Assembly: GCA_040954595.2 (NCBI GenBank)
Contig: CM082577.2
Span: 15,135,903 to 15,199,902, forward strand
Reading direction: 5' to 3'
DNA: 64,000 nt
Source: Balanoglossus misakiensis
Taxonomy: Eukaryota; Animalia; Hemichordata
Each line of letters begins with the position of its first letter. The first letter of the stretch is position 1. A model generated the notes under the pieces. The model made no database searches. It was not told the origin of the DNA and worked only from the letters and a program-made list of their open reading frames with translations. The translations under genes were made by a program, and so were the position numbers. Positions 25,066 to 37,725 of this stretch are shown piece by piece.

Positions 25066-26599
25066 CAATGTAGTGCTTTTTACGGGTGAAACGTTTCAAG
25101 TTAGTCCAGGCGCCGAAATATAGCTGTGGGTCAAATGCGTTTGCTGTGGATTTTCCGTCTTAAACACAACATGGGTATTGCAAAAAAGGGGACAATAGCG
25201 TACTTCTCTTGTCCATTTTGTCTTTCTCGTACCGTGGGCCCGGGTCACCATTGTGATGTGCCTAACAACCCCTTGTGTATTCGGCCCTGTCGGAGCCACA
25301 GAAAGAATGTGTTGCTAAGCACGAGCGACGCATGCGTCGAGCTGGAGATGGTGTTATTTCACGGCTGAGTCGCTGTTGCTGTTTTCGAGAGCCGAACGCG
25401 CCTGGCGTTGCCCAGCAATATGCTGGTATCATACCCCACTCCAACGTTGTTCAACAGACGTAAAAAACAGGTACGTGCATTTCTCCAGCCAACATAACAT
25501 TGGCACCTGGATATTAGACTACTTGTTGACACCAACGCCCACCAAGAATGTCGATAATGTCACATATAAAACGATTTATCCTACCGTCCACTTGACTTTT
25601 GTCAGTCTTTATTTTACGTGGACCACAGACAAAGACAAATATTTTGTTGGCTCGACGAAATCGCGTACATTTATTCTAGCCAACATCCCCCAGCAACGAC
25701 AATTCCCATCTGTACCATCAGAACTTTTTGAATTATATAGGTAAATAAAGTTTATTTCGAGTATAGAAAATACCCAAATTTGGAAACTGGTAACTCGAAA
25801 CAAATGATAAAATATATATTGTTAGTATCAACCGGACATTTCAAAATGTTTCTCGTTGCAGGAAGTGTGAAAAGTCGACATTTGACGGGGAGGGGCGGGG
25901 GTTCTGTTAAGGCTTGAACGGTGCCATTAAAACCCGTAATAACCTCACGACACAATGTTGCTAAGATTAACATTGATTGGTAATTTCAGTACAAAGTCAC
26001 AATCCATTTACCCCTTTTTGAGTGGGAAAGATAAATCTGGTTTTAAAGACACGAATATACAAGCATGTTTGATTAATTAACACGATATTATGCCCATACG
26101 TAGATTAACATCGTGTCAAATTCTCCTGATAATGCTGGCATCAATTTTTCGCGATGCCAGACAAGTGAAAAAAATGTGATTTGCTAATATATTGCTACAA
26201 TTTGCACGTTAACTGTGGAAAAAATCATGATAATAATCCAAAATAAAAAACAACAACATTCTTTCGTTTTAATAGGGGAAGACCAAAAGTGGCTTTCGTT
26301 TTCTGAAACAGTTATCTCGGTGATTTGGCGATAAAAGCTACGGTGTTCCTGTGCAAATATTAACATGCATCGCGCAGTAAATACTTGTCAATAATTATAT
26401 AGACATTATACAAATTGAACATCTGATAATTGTCTTTTAAATGGTAGAAAGATAGGACTGGAAACCATAAAAAAGGAACTAGGTATTACACGCAACGCAG
26501 AAAAACCTGACCCCCCCCCCCCTTCTCCCTCTCCCCCCACCCCACCTTCCTCTCTCCTAATCTCTCTTGGTCCTCCATAATAAATGTTGATGGAAATAA

Positions 26600-26800
26600 A
26601 TGCAACATTACTTACTATTCAGTGCCTGGTATCTGCTGTCAATGACTCGTCTTCTGTTGTGACCACTTACTGTCTGCGTCGTCTTCAACAAAACTTTTTG
26701 AATTATACAGCCAATCATATGACCACATTTTATTGTTCACGTGATTAGTGTCGCTCCATTATGTTAATCAGTATTCAGGCTTCACGTGACGCATAAAAGA
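26600..26800 (-). promoter_or_regulatory. Candidate promoter and non-coding first exon of the PIDD-like gene
   Basis: The first coding exon starts with a splice acceptor, so an upstream exon is needed. Two minus-strand GTAAGT donors (~26615 and ~26670) lie next to CCAAT (~26711) and CACGTG motifs (26738, 26783). The assignment is inference. Confidence 0.3.
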
Positions 26801-27548
26801 CATTTAAAGTCTAGGTCCTGTCAAAATTTTCACATTAATTTAAACAGGATTAAACGATGTCATGTCCAAGCATACTATTTTTCCTGGAAAACGGCAGAAA
26901 AATCTTTAAAAAATGTGTTTTTAAACAGAAAAAAACGTAATTTTGGGGTGACTTTTGTGGTATGCCGCTGATCGTGAAGTTTCGGATTTCGCGCGTCCCT
27001 AATGGGAAATGACCTCACTAGTAGAACACAAAAGAATATCGTGATTTTTGCGTTGTGCATTGAACGCCGTCGTCTACTTCAAAATGTGAAATACAGTGTT
27101 GTTGGTGGATGTAGCAACATAAATTTAACGACGGTATATCGATGCAGAGCTTTCCCAGTACCCAGGAGTAGCTTTGAAATGGCTTACAAGGCGTATTGAC
27201 ATGGTAAAATGCGAGACAGGTATCATTTGTGGTGCACACTTGCGTGTACCAGATCACTTCGTTTGATACGTACAATGGTAAGCAGGTTATAGGACGAGGC
27301 TGGATTTAGTTCCAGGTGCCGAATCCTCCTTAAAATCACATACAACGACTTAATTTCCCCACAAATGCCGCAACCCGCTTCCAAATTCCAAACGTGGTCG
27401 TGTTTGGAAGCTAGTACTACGCCGTCGCATTAAGAAATGTCAGCCATGCCTACGGGTGAACCCTAAACACTAGGTCAACTGCTGGCTGCTCGGAAGTTGT
27501 CGTATTTAGAATACGTATAACAGCAACAACAACCGTGCTACGACATTT

Positions 27549-28704
27549 TATTAGCTCTGCTGTCACTTGTGTCAGCCGAGCTATAGCAGTAGGTTGATAA
27601 GTGTCCGTCCGTCGTCCGTCAACTTTTGGTATTTCAATCTTCTTCTTTAAAACAACTTGGCATATTTAGCTGAATTTTGGTTGGAATGTGTGTTATGGTG
27701 CCCTTAACTGATTTTGTTAATTTGGATTTGATGGGGTCATGAATATGCAAATTAGATCTAAAAATAGAAGTTTGGGTAAAAATCTTCTTCTCCATAACTA
27801 CATGTACGATGGAGCTGAAATTTGGCAGGAATGTGTGTTATGGTGCCCCTACCTGATTTTGTTAATTTGGATTTGATCGGGTCATGAATATGCCAATTAG
27901 ATCTAAAAATAGAATTTTTGGTCCAAAATCTTCTACTCCATAACTACATGTATGATGGAGCTGAAATTTGGTAGGAATGTGTGTTATGGTGCCCTTACCT
28001 GATTTTGTTAATTTGGATATAATCGGGTCATGAATATGCAAATTAGATCTAAAAATAGATTTTTTGGTAAAACATCTTCTTCTCCCTAACTACATGTACG
28101 ATGGAGCTGAAATTCGGTAGGAATGTGTGTTATGGTGTCCCTACCTGAATTTGTTAATTTGGATTTGATCGGGTCATGAATATGCAAATTAGATCTAAAA
28201 ATAGAATTTTTGGTCAAAAATCTTCTTCTCCCTAACTACATGTACGATGGAGCTGAAATTTGATAGGAATGTGTGTTATGGTGCCCCTACATGATTTTGT
28301 TAATTTGGATATGATGGGGTCATAAATATGCAAATTAGATCTAAAAATAGAGTTTTTGGTAGAAAATCTTCTTCTCCCTAACTACATGTACGATGGCGCT
28401 GAAATTTGGTAGGAATGTGTTTTATGGTGCCCCTACCTGATTTTGTTAATTGGAATTTTGATGGGGTCATGAATATGCAAATTAGATCCTTGGTGCTTTC
28501 TTTTGATAATGTTCTTTAGGATTCAATTCTTTCTTTCTTTAGCACAATGAATCAAGCTGAATTTGGATAAATACTTGTGATGTCTATGTTTGGTTTTGTT
28601 CAATAGAATACAATTGTTATGATTAAAACCTTGGGTATTCATATCATTGCCCAGGTTACACTGTTAAAGTCAGCAGAGCTCTTTTGGCCGATAGGTCACT
28701 TGTT
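27549..28704 (+). mobile_element. Non-autonomous Helentron (HINE/DINE-1-like) element with six internal ~146-bp tandem repeats
   Basis: 5' TTAGCTCTGCTG..GAGCT, a GTCC microsatellite (27602-27620), and AGATC landmarks every 145-147 bp (27754, 27899, 28045, 28191, 28337, 28484). 3' sub-terminal inverted repeat CAGCAGAGCT (28671), then an imperfect stem-loop and CTTGTT end. Confidence 0.8.
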
Positions 28705-29650
28705 AAATTGATTTATTAGAAAACACCGATTACATGTATGTGGGTTTTGGTTCTTTGTGTTTTAATTTACCTCCTCCATTGGTGTACGCATGGTTTACGC
28801 AAGTCCGCTGGTGAAAACGCTCGCTTCCAACAAACGCCATTGAGGCCTAGGCTATGCCACATGTGCTATGGATGCGTTCGGTTGCTAACGGTGCCGAATC
28901 TTTGATTTTTAATTTGCCAACCGTCACCAGATGAAATATTTGTCATATTTACACAACCATTTAAATACTGTCTGATAAATACTGAAAGATATTTTTGGGT
29001 CTATTTACCTTTCTCTCGCAACGAATTGACTTTCACCACGTCGCCCATGTGCATAATATTGCATGGCAATGGGTGGTAAATGTTGTCAACATAAAAAAAC
29101 GGCACGTCAAGTCACGACGGCACGATACAGTACACATCGCCACCATCCATTAAATTGCTGCTGTATAACTATCAACATTTCGCCGAGTATTTTCCATTCT
29201 AACTAAATATGCACACAATTTTAAATTTTAGCGTGTGCGCACCGTTTGATGTGACTCAATATCGCTCAGCTGTGCAGCACTAGCACCTCGACCATAGTGA
29301 TGTGTCGATACTCTAGAAAATGTGTAATGATATTGGCTAGACATTACGATAGCCTCAACAAGTTGGTCACTATCACCACCTTCGCTGTCACTTCTTGCAT
29401 CACAAGTCATGCAGCCACAGTCATCGGTTTCACTTTCAAAATCGTGCACCACCGCAGGCACCGCGCCGTACGAATGGCAGACATGTTTGTTTATGTGTTC
29501 CACTAGTGACGTCACAGCTGTATGGGGTGAAAACGGCGCGTACTCGGCAATTTCCGGAAAATTCGCGCTGATTTTCTGCACATACTACAAATTTACGGGC
29601 GTTTTTTTTCATGATTGGCGCAAAATAATTACATCCACATTTGATATTTA

Positions 29651-31842
29651 ATACCAATATATATATACTAGTTTGTATTGTAATATTTTATTTCTCTGTA
29701 ACAATAATCAAAACAGCGATAACTCTGATACAAATGAGTAGTGACAACAAAACGGAGCAAAATGTGACAAATGTTGCAAATTGGGTCAAACGAAGGCACA
29801 AAACTAAATTCTTCTTATACAGGGCGCATGAAATATGGAAGGAAATGAAGACAAATTTGCAGAACATTTGGATTGGACGTAATGTTTGTACACATGAAAT
29901 TACGCACATGCGCATTTGGATAGTTGGCCTTTAAGCTCTTGCTTTTTCAACCACACAATGAAGGTTCAATGAACACTTTTTCTGAGTAACATTTGGATGC
30001 TAATTAGAAACATGTACACTACTTGAAGCCGAAACTATGAAGGTTTTAATGACTACACAAAAAAGATGGGTAGGACCTGTCATCTGCCCTTTAGAACTAG
30101 GGCAGGGGATTTTTTAAGACATTACCCAGTAATATTGGATGGTGTACTATGTGAAGTCTTGAAATAACACTCGAATTTAAATTTGACACACCAGGGTTAA
30201 AAATTATGGTTGGGGTGTGAAAAAGTGATAAGGACTGATCACCGGAAACGCAGCTTTTCACTTTAGTCATTTACTGATTTGATTGATGGGCAACACACCC
30301 ACCAAGTTTTTTTAGTCCACAACATGTCATTTATTTGAAAATGTGCAGGTAATATGCACTTTTTCTAAAAGGTCAAACTGGTTGTGTCCTTTGTTGTCAA
30401 ACTAAAATTGATAGCACACCAGGGTTAATAAAAAAATGTGCTTGGCAAACCTGACCTAAATGTGTAATGACAGAAATTCCAGCCTCAAACCCCCAAAGTT
30501 GACCGGTGACTCCATCAATGCAAAATCCCGTGTATTTCATGCATTTTTGACAATAGGGTCTAATTACGGCGCAAAGATAATGACGGACACGTACATCAGT
30601 ACGCATTGACTTTAGCCACTATAGAGATATGCAAATTGTATTGAGCAAGGCTTTCAATCTACTAATATCATTGCAGACATGTACTTAAATGTCTGTGCGT
30701 CAATGCTGCAATTTTCACTCGGGCAACATGACAGATAAAGCGTTGTATTAACAATGTACGGCCGTGTTCTATTGCAGGCGTTCGATTGCCTGTGCAATTT
30801 TGGTACATTTTACACAAACTTAATTCTGAATGCGTATTGAATCGCATAGAACCTCTGTTGACATTCATTTATTTAAGAGCTTCAAATAAATTCATTTGAA
30901 AATGTGCAGGTAAAATTAAAATGGGCGCTTTACTTGGTTGTCAAACTAAAATTGACACAACAGGATAAAACATTTTGCTTGACAAAGCTGTTCTACATAC
31001 GGTGTGTGATGACAGAAATTCCAGTCTTGAAACCCTCAAAGTTGACATTTATTCATAAGGGGGAGACTTTATTGTTATTGTGGTGAGTTAATTTTTTAGT
31101 AAACACAATCCTCGAATTCTCTTTGCAATATCATAATTATCATACATGCAACGCCTGTATTTGCCACTTTCTATAATTGTTCTCACAAATCATCACAGTG
31201 TTGCGACAGTTCGCTGCGCGCGCCAGCGACGTACAGGACATAGGACTCTAGTGAGGAAGGGTGTTGTAAAATTCGGTAAGTAGAATCTGTAATAACGTTT
31301 TCGAAGCTGGCGGTTTTGTCATGTTGAATGTATCATTTTTACATGAATGGATCGTATTTCTCAATGCGAAGTAATTGATAATAGGGGTATTTTGAAAAAG
31401 AAAAAAACGTAGACAATTTTATTTAGAATGTGGATGTGCCCATCAATTAGACAGCTGCCTACTCCTTAGAAAGATACTACGATTCATCATCTGATCGCAC
31501 GGGCTACAGCCACGATCCCATGGCACCCGGTTCAAATTTCAGGCCGTGAAATTGCTTTTCTCGGCGCATTTTCGCAATTCGTACTGTTTTATAGGTATGC
31601 ATGTATGATGAAGTGTTTATTAGACGAAGTTTAGTCAATAACGTAATGTATTATCGCGATGTCCGTATTTTGACTCGTTGACTCGAATACGACGTGTTAT
31701 AGACCAAACTTTATGTAATAACCCCTGAGTATAGGGAGTCTTTTTGAAAGAAAAGAAAAAAATGCCTGGGTATATGTTCAATGTCTTTGTTTTCATGAAA
31801 ATCACCACTTGATATTTTCTCCATAGACTGATTAACACAGAG
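29651..31842 (+). repeat. Copy 1 of a ~2.2-kb local direct duplication
   Basis: Colinear and near-identical to 34742-36954, from ATACCAATAT to ATTAACACAGAGA. Confidence 0.92.
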
Positions 31843-32263
31843 ATTGGTGGCCATTTAAGACAATTTGGCCGATGTCGTTCAAAATTCTGTGCGGTGACCC
31901 TGACATTTTATTCTAAATAATACACCCACCAAGGTTTTGTTAGTCCACAATGTCCCATTTTTTTGGAACTAATAAAATTTGCAGGTAATATGCACATTTT
32001 CTAAAAGGTCAAACTGGTTGTGTCCTCTGTTGTCAAACTAAAATTGACACACCAGTATGGGATGCCGTTTGTTTAACTTATTATTTAGCTATATAATTTG
32101 TTCAAAGGTCGTTATTTAACATATGTATATAACTGTAGATTTGCAAACCATTTCAGTCCTGATAATTTATTTATAAATAATATCAAGTCGACTCAATTAT
32201 ATACATAAAATGTATTTTATGCACTTTTATTTATTTATAACAAATTATTTACAAATAATTTAA

Positions 32264-33764
32264 AGGGACAAAGTCTCTCTTTCGCTGCCATTTTTCAATT
32301 AATTATGTTTGATACAAGACACCATTTATGTTATTCCACATGTGAATATATAGCGAATCAATGTTCGACGACACACAACTTCCGTTCCGTTTGTAGGATA
32401 TGAGAGAAAAAATCTCACCTAAATGAATAAATGGTAAAGACCAATTATTAATTTTGGCCAGTTTTTCACTCTTGTGTCTACAAGTGGGGTGGAAGTTGTG
32501 TGAGGCGGCCCCCCCCCCCCATCCCAATTGCGCAGTTGACGTACGTGCGTGTTGAGAGAGACGTGTCGACTCGAACACGGACGACGAGAGTTGTTTAGCG
32601 TGTCGAACGCTGCTCTACGAAGCTCGTAGTTACCTTCTGACCGGGACATTTGCGCTTGAACGGACTGGATTCCTCCCACTTCAGGTCGGTAGATTCCTGT
32701 GAAGCAGAGACGTGAATTTTGCCTTTCCTAGTGCCGCGGGTTGCAGTGTATCCCGTCTGTTGAACGTTTTTTAGAGATTGAGACGAGAATTAGCAGTGTA
32801 GGATAGAGACGACGTACCAAACTGCCGTGTTGTATTCTGAATTTGTGTTGAAATAGTAAATACGACGGAAGAGTTTGAACCGCATTGCTGTGTGGACGGA
32901 TAGTTTTGTGGCAAATTCGGGCGTGCGAGGCCGCCGCTAACCTTACGGCGATCACCCGACCGCTTGAGAACTTTCTCGACCTACGCATGAATTTGTTGTT
33001 TGTGGCAGCAATCGTGACAGGTTACGTTGTTTGAAAAATAACGTTAACGCGTCATCGCGTCCAGCGGTGGACGCCACATGAATTTTTTTCAGATCTGGCT
33101 TTTTCAACGTGTTTGTTTGGCGTTCATGATTTAGTATATATCCATGTTCTTGTTCCGCTATTTCCCATTCCGAAAACCCCAACGTTATAAACGTGAACAC
33201 TTTGACTAGAAAAGGCCTCAGACACCTTCATATGCTGTCCGGCAGCCGGGGTGGGATATCCGACTGCGGTGCACCTCAAAGTGGCGTGGAGCTGGTCATG
33301 TTTGGAGCGGTTCAGCCGGCCGGTGGATTGACGTCCCACACTTTCATACCCGCCGGCGTGCGACAATCGGTAAGAACCCATCGGGGGGGGGGGGGACCCA
33401 GTCCGTTCACGCGCAAATGTCCCGGTCAGAAGGTAACTACGAGCTTCGTAGAGCAGCGTTCGACACGCTAAACAACTCTCGTCGTCCGTGTTCGAGTCGA
33501 CACGTCTCTCTCAACACGCACGTACTTCAACTGCGCAATTGGGATGGGGGGCGCCTCTTTGTCTACTAAATTGTGACGTTGTTACAATTTTAGAGATAAC
33601 GTGTCGGCGGAATCAAAGAAATACGATGTTGCTAGTTTGCCGTTTGTTGCTAGTATTTAGAATTTCTTAGTACTATATATTCACATGTAGAATAACATAA
33701 ATGGCGTCTTGTATCAAACATAATTAATGGAATAGGGGCAGCGAGAGAGAGAGACTTTGTCCCT
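32264..33764. mobile_element. 1.5-kb non-autonomous Kolobok-type fold-back transposon
   Basis: TTAA-AGGGACAAAGTCTCTCT ... AGAGAGACTTTGTCCCT-TTAA with ~90-bp TIRs, plus a second internal ~135-bp inverted repeat (32520-32656 vs 33410-33548). Confidence 0.88.
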
Positions 33765-34741
33765 TTAAGTGCAAGTATACACATATCTTGAATGATTTGC
33801 ACACTTATTTATATATTATTTATAAATAAGTGATTTCTAAACCATGAAAAATCACACTCGCGCCGTTTGTTAACGTATTATTTAGCAGCATTTCATTATT
33901 TACGCCTGTTCACACAACCCCTTGCATTTGGATCATTACGCATCACGCATAATTAACGAAATTTAAGGATTATAATGTTACAGGTCAACGCTATATATTT
34001 TATAATCATACATACATTAAGCCGAAACTATGAAGGTTTTAATGACTACACAAAGAAGATGGGTAGGACCATTAGAACTATGGCAGGGGATTTTTTAAAA
34101 ACATTACCCAGTAATATTGGATTGTGTACTATGTGAAGTCATTGAAATAACACTTGAATTTAAATTCGAACTCATCTCGCAGGATTTTCTATGAAATGTA
34201 AAAAAACATATGGTCGGGGTCTGAAAAAAGGGTTATGGACTGATTATCGGAAACGCACAGCTTTTCACAGTTTTTATTGCTGGTCCGAGTTTCAGTAACA
34301 CTTTAGTCATTTACTTATTGATTGATGGGCAACACACCCACCAAGTGTTTTTTAGTCCAAAATATGTTATTTATTTGAAAATGTGCAGGTAATACGCACT
34401 TTTTCTAAAATGTCAGACTGGTTTTGTCCTTTGCTGTCAAACTAAAATTCATAGCACACCATGGTTAATAAAACATTTTGCTTGGCAAAACTGTCCTAAA
34501 TGTGTGATGACAGAAATTGCAGTCTCAAACCCAAAAAGTTGACCAGTGATTCCATTAATGCAAAATCCTGTGTATTTCATGCATTTTGACAATAATTTCG
34601 CAAAGATAATGACAGACACGTACATCAGTACGCATTGACTTTAGCCACTATAGAGATATGCAAATTGTATTGAGCAAGGCTTTCAAGCTAAAAATATTAT
34701 TGCATGTACGTAAATGTCTGTGCATAAATGCTGCATATATA

Positions 34742-36954
34742 ATACCAATATATACTAGTTTGTATTGTATTGTAATATTTTATTTCTCTGTAACAATAAT
34801 CAAAACAGCGATAACTCTGATACAAATGAGTAGTGACAACAAAACGGAGCAAAATGTGACAAATGTTGCAAATTGGGTCAAACGAAGGCACAAAACTAAA
34901 TTCTTCTTATACAGGGCGCATGAAATATGGAAGGAAATGAAGACAAATTTGCAGAACATTTGGATTGGACGTAATGTTTGTACACATGAAATTACGCACA
35001 TGCGCATTTGGATAGTTGGCCTTTAAGCTCTTGCTTTTTCAACCACACAATGAAGGTTCAATGAACACTTTTTCTGAGTAACATTTGGATGCTAATTAGA
35101 AACATGTACACTACTTGAAGCCGAAACTATGAAGGTTTTAATGACTACACAAAAAAGATGGGTAGGACCTGTCATCTGCCCTTTAGAACTAGGGCAGGGG
35201 ATTTTTTAAGACATTACCCAGTAATATTGGATGGTGTACTATGTGAAGTCTTGAAATAACACTCGAATTTAAATTTGACACACCAGGGTTAAAGATTATG
35301 GTTGGGGTGTGAAAAAGTGATAAGGACTGATCACCGGAAACGCAGCTTTTCACTGTTTTTAGGGCTTGTCCGTATTTCAGTAACACTTTAGTCATTTACT
35401 GATTTGATTGATGGGCAACACACCCACCAAGTTTTTTTAGTCCACAACATGTCATTTATTTGAAAATGTGCAGGTAATATGCATTTTTTCTAAAAGGTCA
35501 AACTGGTTGTGTCCTTTGTTGTCAAACTAAAATTGATAGCACACCAGGGTTAATAAAAAAATGTGCTTGGCAAACCTGACCTAAATGTGTAATGACAGAA
35601 ATTCCAGCCTCAAACCCCCAAAGTTGACCGGTGACTCCATCAATGCAAAATCCCGTGTATTTCATGCATTTTTGACAATAGGGTCTAATTACGGCGCAAA
35701 GATAATGACGGACACGTACATCAGTACGCATTGACTTTAGCCACTATAGAGATATGCAAATTGTATTGAGCAAGGCTTTCAATCTACTAATATCATTGCA
35801 GACATGTACTTAAATGTCTGTGCGTAAATGCTGCAATTTTCACTCGGGCAACATGACAGATAAAGCGTTGTATTAACAATGTACGGCCGTGTTCTATTGC
35901 AGGCTTTCAATTGCCTGTGCAATTTTGGTACATTTTACACAAAGTCAATTCTGATTTCGTATTGAAGCACAGAGAACCTACGTTGACATTGATTTATTTC
36001 AGAGCTTCAAATAAATTAATTTGAAAATGTGCAGGTAAAATTAAAATGGGCGCTTTACTTGGTTGTCAAACTAAAATTGACACAACAGGATAAAACATTT
36101 TGCTTGACAAACCTGTTCTACATACGGTGTGTGATGACAGAAATTCCAGTCTTGAAACCCTCAATGTTGACATTTATTCATAAGGGGAGACTTTATTGTT
36201 ATTGTGGTGAGTTAATTTTCAGCAAACTCAATCCTCCCAATTTTCTTTGCAATATCATAATTATCATACATGCAACGCCTGTATTTGCCACTTTCTATAA
36301 TTGTTCTCACAAATCATCACATTGTTGCGAAAGTTCGCTGCGCGCGCCAGCGACGTACGGGACATAGGACTCTAGCGAGGAAGGGTGTTGTAAAATTCGG
36401 TTAGTAGAAGCTTTAATAACCTTTTCGAAGCTGGCGGTTTTGTCATGTTGAATGTATCATTTTTACATGAATGGATCGTATTTCTCAATGCGAAGTAATT
36501 GATAATAGGGGTATTTTGAAAAAGAAAAAAACGTAGACAATTTTATTTAGAATGTGGATGTGCCCATCAATTAGACAGCTGCCTACTCCTTAGAAAGATA
36601 CTACGATTCATCATCTGATCGCACGGGCTACAGCCACGACCCCGGGGCACCCTGTTATAATTTCAGGCGGTGAAATTGCTTTTCTCGGCGCATTTTCGCA
36701 ATTCGTACTGTTTTATAGGTATGCATGTATGATGAAGGGGTTATTAGACGAAGTTTGATCAATAACTTACTAAAGTAATGTATTCTCGCGATGTCCGTAT
36801 TTTGACTCGTTGCTTTCACAACTCGTCAAAATACGGACATCACTCGAATACGACGCGTTTTGAAAGAAAAGAAAACAATGGGTGTATGTTCAATGTCTTT
36901 GTTTTCATGAAAATTTCCACTTGAAATGTTCTCCATAAACTGATTAACACAGAG
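34742..36954 (+). repeat. Copy 2 of the ~2.2-kb duplication, preceded by a more diverged partial copy (34018-34740)
   Basis: Identical pseudo-ORFs at 29688/34780 and 30397/35522. 34018-34740 matches 30027-30712 with more substitutions. Confidence 0.92.
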
Positions 36955-37670
36955 AACGTTGACCTGTAACATTATAATCCTTAAATTTCTTGAATTAATA
37001 AACAAAGTTTGATGTTAATGCTCTTGTGATGCGGCCAACCTTTGACCTCGGGAGCCACAATGTGGGGTTTTCGATCCGCTTTGCTCGTTTCAATCAACAA
37101 TTAAATCACGGACTGAATCACTGACTAGTTTGTACCTTTTTCGGTGTTTCATCTAACATGTGAAAGGAGCATAAGATAATTGTAATGGCTGCACGTAATA
37201 TGAATTTCTTTTTCACGTGTTAGGACTTATTATGCATGATGCGTAATGATCCAAATGCAAGGGGTTGTGTGAACCTGCACATTTTCAAATAAATTTAATT
37301 AGTTCCAAAATAAACGAGACATTGTGGACTAAAAATACTTGGTGGGTGTGTTATTGAGAATAACAATTCGGGGTCATCATGTGATGTGCACGGTGACCTA
37401 GCTGATGCGTAACTGCAAAGTCTCCAACGTCAAAAAGTCACAGAAAAACCAAAAATGGCATGATGATTATGTTTATTAGATTCACGAGGAATGGGATACC
37501 TTGCTGACATTATAATTTGTGCCTCAACCAATCACACTCAGGAATTCTCACTCAACCAATCAATCACCATCAGTATGCAGCATAATTATTCAGTGGAAAC
37601 ACATAAAACCTACTCAAAAACCATGTTTTTTCATAAACTGTTGGTTTGAATACATGTACCGGTATAGATC

Positions 37671-37725
37671 ATGGAGTGGCTATTGGTTGCTACGTTATTT
37701 GCTGCCTTCAACATGCATCACGTCG
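37671..37725 (+). CDS. Signal-peptide exon of the multi-lectin gene (MEWLLVATLFAAFNMHHV)
   Basis: ATCATGG Kozak context, hydrophobic core, donor G|GTAAGC in phase 1 matching the downstream exons. Confidence 0.7.

Noticed and set aside
26061-26070. p53 half-site AAGCATGTTT upstream of the PIDD-like gene
   Set aside because: Only one decamer with no adjacent second half-site; expected by chance.
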